From Bugula neritina (taxonomy: Eukaryota; Animalia; Bryozoa), in contig CAXIUT010000251.1 in the NCBI GenBank assembly GCA_964035545.1, forward strand, positions 1 through 13,388: a stretch of 13,388 nt of DNA. The letters are read 5' to 3'. Positions within the stretch are counted from its first letter, which is position 1, and each line of letters starts with the position of its first letter. This document shows, piece after piece, positions 1 through 9,794 of this stretch. A program made the translations under genes and the position numbers. Below the pieces are notes generated by a model. It did not search any database. It was not told the DNA's origin and saw only the letters and a list, made by a program, of their open reading frames with translations.

Positions 1-1589
1 GTAGGGGATGGTGTACCCTGGTTTGAAGTCTATGTTTTAGATGAAGTACCTTTATTGCAGACTAAGTGGTGGTAAGACTAACCGAAATCTATCAGTTTGA
101 CTATGCCATTGTAGTGCATCATGATGTTATTGGGCTTGATGTCTAGATGTACTATTTTTTATTATTTTAAATATCTTAGTCCTTGGATTATCGAGTAGAT
201 GTATGTGAGTTTAGTTTGCAGGGAAATGGTTAGCTTGTTGTTGATCATAAATTATTTGAGTGTTTTTGATGGCAAATAGTCCATTAGGATTCCCTATGGA
301 AAGGGGTTGTTGGGATTTAGTGGAATATAGTATTTGGGTACAAATATGTCTTTTTTATTTTTTATTTGTTTCAATATCTATAGCTAGTGACTGATTCTAT
401 CTTTGACTAGTGATGGATTTTGATGATTAGATTTGAACTAGCTTTAAATGACGAGTTACTGTTTAAGAACTAGTTATTTATGGATTAATTTTTATTAATT
501 GAATATTTATTTTTTGTATTGACGGGTTTGTACTTTTTAGTTTTAAGAAAAGAGTGGCCAAAAATGAGCACTTGTTTTGTATATATTAGAGAATCCACCT
601 TAGTTTACCTTTACTATCTATCTATGCTTTGTATTTTTGACATATATATAATTTACAATAGACAATGTTTCTATATTCGAGTTCTTTATATCTTTTGGCA
701 ATACTATTTGATTCTTTACAGTTGCTATATCGTTCATCGATAGTTCTTCTTTTCTTTTATCTTTTATGCTGTGTTTTTCATATAATACTATACTTTTCGA
801 CATATCTTCATTTATTTTTATTTTTCTGCTATAGATATCTCTTAAAATCTATATTTGTTTTGATTTATAGAGTTATACTTCTTTCAATCCTTAGCTATTT
901 GCTCCTAAATAACTCTAAGCAGACATAACTTAGTGATATTTATGGATTTGACACATTTTCGATGAAGAAAGATGATCATGATTATGTTAATTTTTAAGTA
1001 TTTTGAGTAGAAGCCAACTGATTTCGCCTAAATTGGGTTTTAATATTGAATTCATCATTTGAGTTACTTTTTTTTGTTGATAAAAAAACTTTTAATTGAA
1101 AGATTTGTAGTCGCTATTCACATAGTGAGGAAATGTTATTTTTATTTTACCTTGTTTGGCATCAACACCTTTGTAAAAATATTTAGTACCTATTCTAAGA
1201 TGAGGAAAAGGATCTCTTGATTGATAAGAGATAATATAATAGTAGAGCTGAGGTATCTTCTTTTTGTTCTCTATACTATAATAGCAGTAATCTGGTGTCA
1301 GTAACTAGAGTGAAAGCAAAAGATATTTATTGTCTTTGGCTATTTTACCTACCAATAATCCTCTTAGTTTGCTTACTAGCTATATTTCATTCAATATATG
1401 TATTCTTTAATGTTGGCCTTCTGAAATATCACTAAAACTCTGTTTTTTAGCCACATCAGACTTGTCAACTGGGTCTTTTGTTTGATTCTATTGAGGTCTA
1501 TCTGCTAATTTAGTATCGGATTAGCTTTAGTTTTATTGAGAGGCTATTGTGAAGTAGAATTAGTCTTCGGGAAGAATAAAAATGCTCAT
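1..1589 (-). CDS. Ser/Thr-type protein kinase with a long N-terminal region; 3'-partial (runs off the window); one 20-nt intron at 30-49
   Basis: ATG at 1589(-) opens a TGA-free frame to the window edge (* = TAA/TAG). Motifs in order: VN*GGFSNIY (Gly loop), LVLK, SH*L*IL (alphaC), ILMDYL, IVHLDIKPNNIM (catalytic loop), VKLIDFG*S and, after intron removal, KPGYTIPY (P+1 loop). Confidence 0.93.
30..49 (-). other. 20-nt spliceosomal intron GTACTTCATCTAAAACATAG
   Basis: GT..AG ends. Removal gives the activation-segment-like GYTIPY. Same size class as the other introns in the window. Confidence 0.75.
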
Positions 1590-1751
1590 CTTGATATTTG
1601 TCTATATAATATAAGAAATATAAGATATTAAATTTAATTTGACTTATACTAGTTATTACTTTTATAATAAGAGTGAAATAAGTAGTTTTGTCTAGAGGTA
1701 TAGATTATTGTTTTTGTAATTGTTGCATTTTAATAATTAAATAAAAATAAG
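1590..1751. promoter_or_regulatory. Short AT-rich divergent intergenic region (putative bidirectional promoter)
   Basis: 162 nt between the kinase ATG (1589, -) and the ATG at 1752 (+), markedly more AT-rich than the flanking CDS. Function inferred from position only. Confidence 0.5.
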
Positions 1752-2294
1752 ATGTCTGTCATAGAAGTAATATCAGAGCAAGACAGTCTTTTATAAAATT
1801 CTCAAATGAATATGTTTATAAAAAGAAAACCTTAACTAACCTTTAAAAAACCAAGTGTGGCATTATTTCCTTCATATCTTAATCAACCGGCTCATTCTAA
1901 AACTAATTTAAGACAAACTTTTAAAACTATATAAACGAGATCTAGCACGAATTTTAAAAGACAAACATTCCATTCAAGAAATATATCAAGGTATAGTTCT
2001 CTTAGTAATCCGTAGTATCAAAAAAAATCAAAAATTACTAACAATCAATCTAAAATAAAAAAGAAGTAAACAGAAAGTCAGCTGAATATCATATCTACTA
2101 TGCATAGGATCAATCAAAAGCAGGTATTAAGTCATTTAAAACAAGATAAGATTCCTTTTTCAATGACTAGAAGACAAAGTTTAGGAAGTTTGAGGTCAAA
2201 AGTAGAAGAATAGGTTCAAAAGAAGTTCAATCGTAAATATCAAATCAAATCTCCCTTTGCACCTGACTACCTAGAGTCAGACTATCTAGAATGA
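1752..2294 (+). CDS. Hypothetical protein, 180 aa, basic and Ser/Lys/Arg-rich
   Basis: ATG 1752 to TGA 2292-2294 with no internal TGA (MSVIEVISEQDSLL...APDYLESDYLE). Bounded by AT-rich spacers. No recognised domain. Confidence 0.75.
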
Positions 2295-2454
2295 TATGCA
2301 TCATATATATATTCTATTAGATATTAATATAAAGTAGAACAAATTGACTTTTCCAACCAAAATGACCAATATAAACATGAATGCTAATGATGATTTAAAG
2401 ATAGAGTTATAAATTTGTATTTGAGGAGTATATATATATGGTTATTGATATTTT

Positions 2455-3519
2455 ATGATATAAAATAGCAGTTGTATGAGTTATTTTCAACGCCACCTTA
2501 GAACCTATCAAGTCGCTGATCAAAAAACCAATCAAGCACTACAACAATTCCCTCTAAAAAATAAAAAACAGAACAATCAACGAGTTAAAACAGAACACAG
2601 CATTCAGAACAATAGACCATCTAGAAAAAAAGACTAGAATAATTATATTATGCCAACAAAACGTAAAGGATACTAGGATCTTCAGAAAGGCTAATAGGTG
2701 AGACAGCTATTCAAGCCTCCTGTGAGATTTGCAACCTAGGGTCCTACTTAATGCTAGATGTGTGATGAGCCGATGAAGGCATTTTTCGTTGAGGCTGACA
2801 ATTCGGTGTAGTAGGTGTTGAATAGTTCAATGACTCATTTTTAAAACTATTTCAATAGGAGATAGTAATCTCATAGCGATCTTATTCAGCAGAATAGTAA
2901 TTTGAGGGAATCGATCGAAGAGTTGATGTCTATACTGAGGAATAAATTGGATAAAGCACTAAAAAAGCAGGAGAAGTAGCTGAACGGAGTGATGTCTGAC
3001 TACATTCAGCTGATAACTAAGTTGTTAGCTGATAAGTAGGAGTTGACAGGGTCGGTTGAACGCTTATAGATGGAATTATCATAGAATAAGAATAAAATAA
3101 ATGCTTATGAGAAGGAGATATTGGCTATGAAGGACAGGTAGAACAATCTCGATGCAATGGAGAGGGATCTTCTGAATAAGATATAGAAATTAGAGTAGAG
3201 ATGGCCTGAATAGAGGGTATAGAATAAGAAGATCCAAAGTTTATGTAATATGCTCTAGCGGTCATAGAGATAGAAAGGCATGCTAGAGTAGGCTTATAAA
3301 AGATTGCAGGGATCTGATGATAAATCTAAGCAACTAGAGTAGGTCTATGTAGCAAAGTTGAATGATTTAGAGAGAGAGCACGAGGAGTAGTTTATTGAAT
3401 TTGAGAAGGCAGTGAATGAGACGATATCTAAAAAGGATGAGACGATAGCTCGATTGAATAGGATAATCGAAGGTCGGTTCGGGAGGGAAAGTCAAGCAGA
3501 GTCGGTTTTCGAGGAGTGA
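2455..3519 (+). CDS. Coiled-coil protein, ~354 aa, possibly CEP131/AZI1-like
   Basis: ATG 2455 (alternative 2476) to TGA 3517-3519 is open throughout. The C-terminal half is heptad- and E/K-rich. YIQLITKLLADK*EL and VNETISKKDETIARL recall CEP131 segments from memory, not from a search. Confidence 0.8.
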
Positions 3520-3595
3520 TCTTTAATATGATAGTCATTAATATCATATTATGATTAGGATGTTCTTATGATGAAGAATGAATGGGTTGATTGGA

Positions 3596-4532
3596 TCATT
3601 GGTTGTTTTGGTATCCGTAGTCGTAGAAGGGGTAGTTTAAGAAAGGATAGAAGTTGGGAATATATGATATTCCTTCTTACTTTACTACTGATTTTATGCC
3701 ATTCTATCCTTACGACTGCTACACCTCTTATGATGCCTAGACCTCCTGCTCAAATGACTGCTCATTTATGTGTTCTGACTATTAGTATATTTGTTCTACT
3801 TTGACTTGTGAGTAGCTTTCTTCGAGGTGGTCTTCGTTCTTTACTGGTGTTTTTAATGATTTTTATTTATTTTGGAAGGCTTGGAAGATGGTGGATTTGA
3901 TCTTGTTGATGAGATAAATACTTTTTGATAGAGGGCGGGCTGCTCTTGGACTCTACTGGTGAGATATATTCTATCTATTTTGAATTTCATGGTGAATATA
4001 TTTTTTTTGATTTATTGTTTTAAAAATTTGAATTCTAAGGTGAATAACAAGTTACAATTTTCCGATTTATACATGTCATTTAAAAACCTGGGAGATAATT
4101 TTCCTATTTCGTAGTTATAAGACCTATCGGTACTATCCAGACAGTTCAAAACGAAACGCACGTAGTTTCTTAGAGTACCGTAGAATCTATTTTTGATTTT
4201 GTTTTGTGTTCTAACTCTCACTAAAGATTACCTTCCGATGCATTTTTGAATCACACACCACTTGGTGCCTATTTGTTCATAGACTTCATAGAGTTTAGAG
4301 AGCTAGGACTACTCCCAGTCGTTGTTTTTGAGTTGTGGGTCGAGGAAGTTGATCCATTTTTATCTACATTCGATTTAGGTCCTCAGAAAGCCTTGTCTTT
4401 TAAAAGCAGCTGCTATTTGTTTCCATTTTTTTGAGGTATGCAGAGGGTAGAGACGGGAGAGAAGCTATAATTACTTAGTTTCATAATAAATACCTAAGAA
4501 GACCACTTTTATTTTTTTTTGGTTATTTGCAT
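3596..4532 (-). CDS. Myb-domain (two-repeat) DNA-binding protein, ~284 aa; introns 4474-4493, 4211-4231, 3902-3921 and probably 4035-4055
   Basis: Spliced translation KWSS**L*LL...KKWKQIA...RT*IECR*KWINFLDP...DWE*S*L...GTKWCVI...GRTQNKIKNRFY shows the Myb Trp spacing. It is followed by an acidic region and a Tyr/Pro-rich tail ending in TGA at 3598-3596. Confidence 0.92.
3902..3921 (-). other. 20-nt intron GTATTTATCTCATCAACAAG
   Basis: GT..AG ends. Links the upstream frame (..PALYQK) to the acidic C-terminal frame (IKSTIFQAF..). Confidence 0.65.
4035..4055 (-). other. Probable 21-nt intron GTAACTTGTTATTCACCTTAG
   Basis: GTAA..TAG of the local size class, but frame-neutral and outside a conserved domain, so the sequence does not require it. 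Confidence 0.5.
4211..4231 (-). other. 21-nt intron GTAATCTTTAGTGAGAGTTAG
   Basis: Removal restores the Myb motif GRTxNxIKNRF. Confidence 0.85.
4474..4493 (-). other. 20-nt intron GTATTTATTATGAAACTAAG
   Basis: Needed to join ATG 4532 to the Myb frame. Gives WSSEELELL under UAR=Glu. Confidence 0.8.
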
Positions 4533-4808
4533 AACAAATAATTATAAATCTAATTATTTTATACCCTCACTAATATCAAACCGACGAAATTAAGTCATCC
4601 AGTTGGCACTATCTGTCAGTTTTTTGTTATAATGGTCTTATGCTAAAATGGTGTTTATCAAATATTTTAATGGTGAAACAATTATTTCAATATATTATTT
4701 TAATATAAATTTTATATCAGAGCTAGTTTATCTGTTATCATAACTAGCAACAGACATGGTCTGATTTAGACTTCTATTAATTATTTTTTAAAAGTTAATA
4801 ATTTTATT
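4533..4808. promoter_or_regulatory. AT-rich divergent intergenic region between the Myb and MORN genes
   Basis: 276 nt between ATG 4532(-) and ATG 4809(+). Function inferred from position only. Confidence 0.45.
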
Positions 4809-6352
4809 ATGAGTAAATCCCATCAATATAAAGGGGTTGGGGTTGGGGTTGGGGTTGGGGTTGGGGTTGGGGTTGGGGTTGGGGTTGGGGTTGGGCTGTT
4901 CAAATCCCCACAATCTCATCTGTTCAAATCCCAACAATCTCATCTGTTCAAATCCCAACAATCTCATCTGTTCAAATCCCAACAATCCCATCTATTTCGT
5001 TCCTCACATCCTCTTAAGCAATTAAATCCTTAGCAGTCTTCTGATTGTTCAAAGATAATGGAGCAGTAGAAGCTGGACGCATAGATATTGCGGATAAAGT
5101 CATTATAGTTATCGAGGAAGTTGAACGAGATATGGAATATAGGAGGAGAGGAGTTGATATAGTTTTTTAGCGGATTTAGTTCTATTACAGAGATAGTGGA
5201 CTACAGTCAGCTGAAGAAAATGGATGACATGAAATTGGTAAGAACTGATAATAAGATATACCTTGGACAAATCAAATACAAACAAAAAAGTGGTAAAGGT
5301 AGCCTCTCACAATATGTAGGTATTACTGTCTATAAAGATGGTAAAATATACGAGGGAGAATACCATAAAAATTAGAAACAAGGAACGGGATGCTAAATAT
5401 ACCCCAATGGAAACCTATATATCGGACACTATCATCAGAATAAAAAACATGGAAAGGGAACCTTCTTTTGGTTTAGTCACTGTGACCAGCCGTCGTCTAA
5501 ACATCACTCCCCTAAAGTATAGCAGTACTAGGGGATGTGGTGGGGAGGGCTCCCCGATGGATAAGGTCAGCACTAAAAGTCTAATGGTAGTACTCCATCT
5601 ATCCAGGTGACTTTTATTTGGGACATTTTAAAAATGGACTTAAACACGGTGAAGGAGTCTAGTACTACTCCAATGGAGATAAATATGCAGGGCATTTCAC
5701 CAATGGGCTGCCTGAAGGATTCGGATAGTACTTATGGGCCGATAAATCGTTCTATAGAGGTGATTTTAAACAAGGCTATAGGAACGGCTACGGATTGTGG
5801 AATGATGCTAAGGAGGAGTAAAACTATCAAGGACACTACATGCTTGATAGAAAACATGGATACGGAGTATATAACTGGAACAATGGATATATTTATAAAG
5901 GAAATTTCACAGAAGATCAGAGAAGTGGAGAGGGACAACTCTTCTATCAGGAACAGTTGGTCTACAATGGTTTCTGGCTTAACGGATAGAAGTGTTAGTA
6001 ATAGGATTATACTAAAGAGAAATATTCTAAAACAGCTAATACTCTAGCTAGTAGAATGGAGCTGATGAGCAGATAGGGCAGAAGTCGATAGAAGTTGACT
6101 TCCAATAAAAGAAAAAGGAAGAGAAAAGATGATTCTTTTGAGGTGAACTTCAAACATAAGAAGTAATAGGCTCATAACTAGCACTGCTATGCTTGCAAGA
6201 TAAAACATAATAACAAGTCGATGGGAAAGACTCTACCTTTGATTTCTACTCATAATAAATGCACTCATTGTAGAAATTGCAAATCTCAGAGCAAAAGATC
6301 TCGAGAGCCTTATTGCCATTCAAGTCCAAAAAAAAACTATGATTGCAAATGA
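4809..6352 (+). CDS. MORN-repeat protein, ~500 aa, with N-terminal (GV)10G and LFKSQQSH repeats and a Cys/His-rich tail; introns 5299-5319 and 5587-5606
   Basis: TGA-free from ATG 4809 to TGA 6350-6352 after splicing. About 9-10 YxGx..GxG MORN units, e.g. YIGHYHQNKKHGKG, YLGHFKNGLKHGEG, YQGHYMLDRKHGYG. An alternative in-frame ATG lies at 5058. Confidence 0.92.
4833..4895 (+). repeat. Interstitial telomeric tract (GGGGTT)10GGG
   Basis: 63 nt of perfect repeat, with the same unit and strand as the terminal telomere. Confidence 0.97.
4896..4991 (+). repeat. Coding minisatellite, 24-nt unit x4 (CTGTTCAAATCCCAACAATCTCAT; LFKSQQSH)
   Basis: Units start at 4896, 4920, 4944 and 4968. A diverged in-register copy occupies 4809-4832. 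Confidence 0.95.
5299..5319 (+). other. 21-nt intron GTAGCCTCTCACAATATGTAG
   Basis: Removal restores a 23-aa MORN unit (YLGQIKYKQKSGKGITVYKDGKI). Confidence 0.8.
5587..5606 (+). other. 20-nt intron GTAGTACTCCATCTATCCAG
   Basis: Required frame change between MORN units (SNG|DFYLG). Confidence 0.9.
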
Positions 6353-6380
6353 TGTATTAATAATCTTACACCCATCTATT

Positions 6381-6480
6381 ACTATTCCATGCTATTAGTT
6401 ATTATTCCATGCTATTAGTTATTATTCCAACTATGAGGTCATTATTCCATGATATTCGTTATTATTCCATGATATTCGTT
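6381..6480. repeat. Intergenic/3' minisatellite, 20-nt unit x5 (ATTATTCCATG(C/A)TATT(A/C)GTT)
   Basis: Five in-register units, the third diverged. Begins 29 nt after the MORN stop. Confidence 0.9.
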
Positions 6481-6568
6481 ATTGACTTTATGTCCTAGTT
6501 ATCTCTATGGTTACTGTTTAATTATTCATTGATGCTAATTGATTTGATAAAGGTTAGTAATATATAAG

Positions 6569-8931
6569 ATGATTCAAAAGTCTAAGCTTTCTATATCTGT
6601 GCAATAGGCATAGTTTTCAAAAGATTACCAGTACATGATATCAGCCCAATTCCAGCACCAAAAGGTACATCCTTTACTAGAAAGAAACAAACAGATATGT
6701 CAGCGCTAGCACGTTCTCCTATCTTCACCAACAACACTCTCATTTTCGACCTGCCCTCCTCCCATACTCTCCAGGGATTTGTCACAGTACTATTCATCAT
6801 ATTTTAGTTTATAGGACATATGTTGCTCCCTGGAGATGAATAGAATAATAAACTAAATACGAGAATATTGGGAGAATGTAGTCTAGACCTTTCTCCATTT
6901 GCTTTACAGCCGAGTTAGATTTACAATTTGCCTATTAGACAGCAACTTAAGTTGGCTAAAAATAAAGATGGAAAAGAAGTTACTGTGGGCAGATTCATTG
7001 CTTCCATCAAAATAGTCAAAGAAGATTAACTACCCCAATACATAGAAAATCTTTAAATCAAAAAAATATAAAAAAACTAGTTTTTTTCAGAACTACCTCC
7101 TTTTGACCCAAAGTTTGCTTTCGATTGGAGAATTCGTTTAGATATCAGAGAGGCAATCAACGTTCCTCCAACCGATGGGGTCCAGGCCCAGGTTAAAATT
7201 TAGGCGGGATGGACAGAATACAAAGATTCAGTTCCTTAATAGGGCAGACTATTCAGTTCTTATATTATGTCTGGACCCCATCCATAGTGGAATCAGACTA
7301 TGCTGATAACTAATCCTGCGCATATATCATAGCCAAGAGGGTATTTGATGTTGTCGATGAAGGACCAGAATAACTTATAAGATTTATATCGGGTGTACTT
7401 TCCAGTGTAGTCGATGGGTCAATTCGTTCCCTACAACTTGAAACTGGTCAGATAGAGTGAACCTGCCTTACTGTAGTTTTATATATCTATTGTTCTTGAG
7501 GCGCCAGTAGATATGAGAGACCAGTTGGTTGATGTTGTTGTAAAGGACGTTACATTCTAGCCTTCTTTTACTCCTTTTAAACAAATTAATTTGGTCACTA
7601 CTATTCAAAAATAAATATAACCCAAACTTAATTTTTTGAAATTCGATCCCAGATAAGATCAAATAGATCGAGTGCTTTAGTTCGACCAGGCTGAGTAGTT
7701 CAACTTCATGATGTCTGCTACTTTAAGAGTACCTCCCATAAAAAGCAGTAACTATAAGGCAGCAGCAGTCATAACTCTAAGTGAGAGTCTTCTTCGCAGG
7801 AAGATAGATATTTATTTAGTTGCAAAGACCACTAAAGGACAATACTAGGTGATGGGCTTATCGGAAGGAGTTCAAAGAGATTTGGTGAGTTTGATTATCT
7901 AAAAGAAGAAGAAAATGCTATTTCTTCAAATCAGAAATAGCCCTAATACTAAATTTGGTTCATGTCAAATATAGATCATCCCATTCGATAGATAGTTAGA
8001 TTCGATTGCTTCTTCGAGGGTGTCACAGAGAGGATAGTAAACAGCTAGCTAGAAGTTGATGAAGGAGTTGAACTTCAATACAAACGAATCTATGTTGAAA
8101 CATGTGGCTCAAAATAACGACATTATCGCTAGAATACTAAAAGAACTAGATGACAAATCAGAGTCACTCAAACAGGCAGCATCAGAGATAAGCAGCCTTC
8201 GAGGAAGAGTTAAATTGATTCAAAATTAGAATGGCATTCTTCGACAGCAGGCTTTGAGATAGGAAGACTAGTTGGTGAATTTGGTGCAAAGAGAAGTGTA
8301 GAATATGAGTGGTAGAGATCTCAAGGAAAAAATAGTCAAAATATCACAGCTGTATAAAATATAGCGAAGTAAAAATAGATAGTTGGATAGAACTGTCAAG
8401 ACTATGTAGCCTCAAATCAGTAACACGATGCAGTTGAATTCAGTTATAGCTTCTCAAAAAAATAACTTGCAGATATTGGGAGAGAAGATAGAGAGGATGA
8501 CTAAATAGCACTAGAGGATCAATGTTTATAAAGATACAATAAGAAAGCAAGAGAAAGTGATAGTTAAACTGTAGGGAGTGATGAAGTAGGGGATGGAGTA
8601 GGTGAGAAATGCAAGAAAGCTAAAAATATAAAATTAGGAGCTTAAGAAACGAGGAGGAGGAGGGAGAGGAGTGAGTCGAGGACAGTAGAAGTAATAGATC
8701 TAGCGACTACAGGGGATAATAGCTCAGTTGCAATCGGGAGGGAAAGGATCTAAAGCAGGGAACGGATAAAGTAACTATGAACTGGAATTCAAGTTACATC
8801 AGGCTCAAACTAGAATAGCATCTCTTGAAGAATAATTACAATAAAATTCTAAAGCATATGCTCGAGAACTAGCCATGTTGAGAATGAAAGTGGCAGAAAA
8901 AGAAGCTGTCATGGATGGATATAGAATTTGA
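6569..8931 (+). CDS. CCDC33: C2-domain and coiled-coil protein, CCDC33-like, ~780 aa; intron 6665-6684
   Basis: Open frame to TGA 8929-8931. C2-like segments LSISVQ*A*F, SPIFTNN, WRIRLDIREAINVP and HP*WNQT. The C-terminal coiled coil has TIRKQEKVIVKL* and RIASLEE*LQ*NSKAYARE, recalling CCDC33. The 5' end is less certain, because an intronless frame is also open from ATG 6490/6532. Confidence 0.8.
6665..6684 (+). other. 20-nt intron GTACATCCTTTACTAGAAAG
   Basis: Joins the C2 first-strand exon (ATG 6569) to the main frame. The nearer TAG ending at 6680 would give the wrong frame. Confidence 0.7.
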
Positions 8932-8940
8932 TCACCTGAT

Positions 8941-9106
8941 TCTTTATTTATCCTTTTCTGTCCTATCTTTATTTAGCCTTTTCTGTCCTATCTTTATTTA
9001 TCCTTTTATGCCTATTCATTATTTAGCCTTTTATGCCTATTCATTATTTAGCCTTTATGTCCTATCTTTATTTATCCTTTTATGTCCTATTCATTATTTA
9101 TCCTTT
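8941..9106. repeat. Intergenic/3' minisatellite, ~25-nt pyrimidine-rich unit x6.6 (TCTTTATTTA(T/G)CCTTTT(C/A)TGTCCTA)
   Basis: Units at 8941, 8966, 8991, 9016, 9041, 9065 and 9091. Begins 10 nt after the stop codon. Confidence 0.92.
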
Positions 9107-9197
9107 GATAGAGCTATCTTGTTATTTTGACTTAATACTTTTGACTGATTTTGACTTGTTAATTAATCTAAAGGATGTGAGTAATATAATAATTTGA

Positions 9198-9563
9198 ATG
9201 CATAGTTCATAAAAACTTCAACTAATAATATCGATTTCATTTCTTCTGCTTTTTATTCCTTGTATCTATCTCATAATCCTTGACCCTTCTCGTTCTCTAA
9301 CTCTAGCTCTTCTTGTCAAGAATATGTCTATCATTGCTATCGAAATAACCTTTTTGATTTTACTGGCTATCTACTACTCAATACGGCAGTACAAAAGCAA
9401 AGTTCCAACAGCAGTGGTTTACTCTTATTGCTATAATGGTAAATTTTAGAAGAAGGGTTAGATGAGCAGTGGATATGTAGATTTTAGAAAGGAAATTAAG
9501 CAGGAACATTAAGAAATAGCTAGAGAAATAGCTTGTAAATAAAAAATGATCTTTGATGATTGA
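9198..9563 (+). CDS. Small membrane protein, 121 aa, two predicted TM helices
   Basis: ATG 9198 to TGA 9561-9563. Hydrophobic stretches LIISISFLLLFIPCIYLIIL and IIAIEITFLILLAIYYSI, followed by a charged tail. Confidence 0.72.
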
Positions 9564-9794
9564 TTCGATATTACTATTGTGACTAAATCAAATAAAATAC
9601 AATTATTTCATGACAAACTTACTATCGATTTATCAACTACTTTTTAATCTTTAGCCTTTAAAGCATTCAATTGATTGTCAAACACAAACAGGGATGCCAA
9701 TATGCTAGTTTTAGTCTATTAGACTGAGACAATATGATCAATATTGATAAGAGGTTATTTCTGTTAAAGCAATAAGTTATAAAGTTAATTATCG

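Noticed and set aside
303-318. GGGGTTGTTGGGATTT in the kinase, telomere-like and similar to the reverse complement of the MORN 24-mer
   Set aside because: A single hexamer that encodes NPNNP on the coding strand; compatible with chance.
1991-2015. Possible 25-nt GT..AG intron in the 1752-2294 ORF
   Set aside because: The frame is already open without it, removal would shift the frame, and it is outside the local 20-21 nt class.
4600-4737. Myb-binding-site-like hexamers (CAGTTG at 4600, CTGTTA at 4732) upstream of the Myb gene, suggesting autoregulation
   Set aside because: Degenerate 6-mers are expected by chance, and the specificity of this Myb is unknown.
4788-5025. Poly-GL (4837-5025, +) and poly-PN (4788-4991, -) ORFs over the telomeric tract
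   Set aside because: They are alternative frames of the same repeats and do not lead into the MORN domain. Only the GV frame has an ATG in the AT-rich context and continues into it.
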